From: Octopus bimaculoides
Lineage: Eukaryota
NCBI RefSeq assembly: GCF_001194135.2
Contig: NC_068991.1
Coordinates: 8,752,930-8,816,929 of the forward strand
Direction: 5' to 3'
DNA length: 64,000 nucleotides
The notes beneath the pieces were generated by a model. It did no database searches. It was not told the origin of the DNA and saw only the letters and a list, made by a program, of their open reading frames with translations. Below, one piece after another: positions 63,065 to 64,000 of the stretch (the stretch's first letter is position 1; the number at the start of each line of letters is the position of its first letter). The translations under genes and the position numbers were made by a program.

Positions 63065-64000
63065 GTTAGATATTTTTCTCATATATTGAAAAGATGTAAG
63101 CATCTGTAGTGACAACTGGAATTTCAAAAGTGTAAAGTAATAATATCCAAGAAGAACTAATGATAAGCACTAGTACATATGCACATGTGGAATTTCCAGT
63201 ATCGCTAATTGATATAGAACTAAACAGGCATATACTTGGATAAATATCCCTACGAAAGAACAACCTCTTTCCACATAGANNNNNNNNNNNNNNNNNNNNN
63301 NNNNNNNNNNNNNNNNNNNNNNNNNNNNNNNNNNNNNNNNNNNNNNNNNNNNNNNNNNNNNNNNNNNNNNNNNNNNNNNNNNNNNNNNNNNNNNNNNNNN
63401 NNNNNNNNNNNNNNNNNNNNNNNNNNNNNNNNNNNNNNNNNNNNNNNNNNNNNNNNNNNNNNNNNNNNNNNNNNNNNNNNNNNNNNNNNNNNNNNNNNNN
63501 NNNNNNNNNNNNNNNNNNNNNNNNNNNNNNNNNNNNNNNNNNNNNNNNNNNNNNNNNNNNNNNNNNNNNNNNNNNNNNNNNNNNNNNNNNNNNCATGAAC
63601 CTTGTTTTTTTTTCTCCCTAAAACTATATATTTATATTTTATACTGTGAAACTTGATTTAATTTTAATTTTTAATAAATTGATTTTAATTGAGTTTTTAC
63701 CTGTAATTTTGGATTTTATCCCTAATATTATTATTATTACGGAGATGCACTTGCATAGCAAGTGACCTGATCTGAGATCGTGTGCTGGAACGAAAACAAT
63801 TGCAGTGTGGAAGGTGTTTATAAGCCATTTAAAATAACACACAAAATCCGTTAGATTCACTTCAACATTTAAATTTAATTTGTCAAAATATTTTCGTCGC
63901 TTTGAGACCGAGACCTGTTCACTGACAAAATTCTGAGAATTTTGTCAGTGAACAGGTTGTATTCCAACAATGAACATTATCCAAATCGGAATTTTCTTCA

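Noticed and set aside
13580-63598. Long ORFs in the track containing runs of X or IYIY/THTH/VCVC
   Set aside because: They span assembly N-gaps or microsatellites and have no coding signal.

Overview
AT-rich, microsatellite-rich, gapped eukaryotic genomic DNA. The SINE/MITE landscape points to an octopod cephalopod, probably Octopus (inferred from repeat type, not database-checked). Almost all ORF-track entries are spurious: N-gaps, (TA)n/(CA)n/(GAT)n repeats or SINE translations. The best-supported coding signal is a pair of homologous, equal-length (161 nt), same-phase exons of a prolyl 4-hydroxylase alpha subunit (P4HA) on the + strand, at 45371-45531 and 49221-49381. They encode the TPR-like peptide-substrate-binding region and look like mutually exclusive exons; this is the top finding. 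A second signal is a minus-strand exon (34293-34439) encoding an N-terminus like PTPN12/18/22 (PTP-PEST family), which probably overlaps the P4HA locus antisense and may splice to several very small exons. Also present: three distinct Ty3/Gypsy remnants (one with Gmr1-like domain order and an intact-looking LTR), a young 8-bp-TSD MITE carrying head-to-head telomere-like repeats, piggyBac/Tc1/hAT/Helentron-type MITEs, a mariner fragment, many tRNA/CORE-type SINEs, several fold-back hairpins, and an M-box plus CCAAT cluster at 23.5-23.8 kb. No rRNA, bona fide tRNA gene or CRISPR array was seen. All alignments were done by eye from recalled family sequences.
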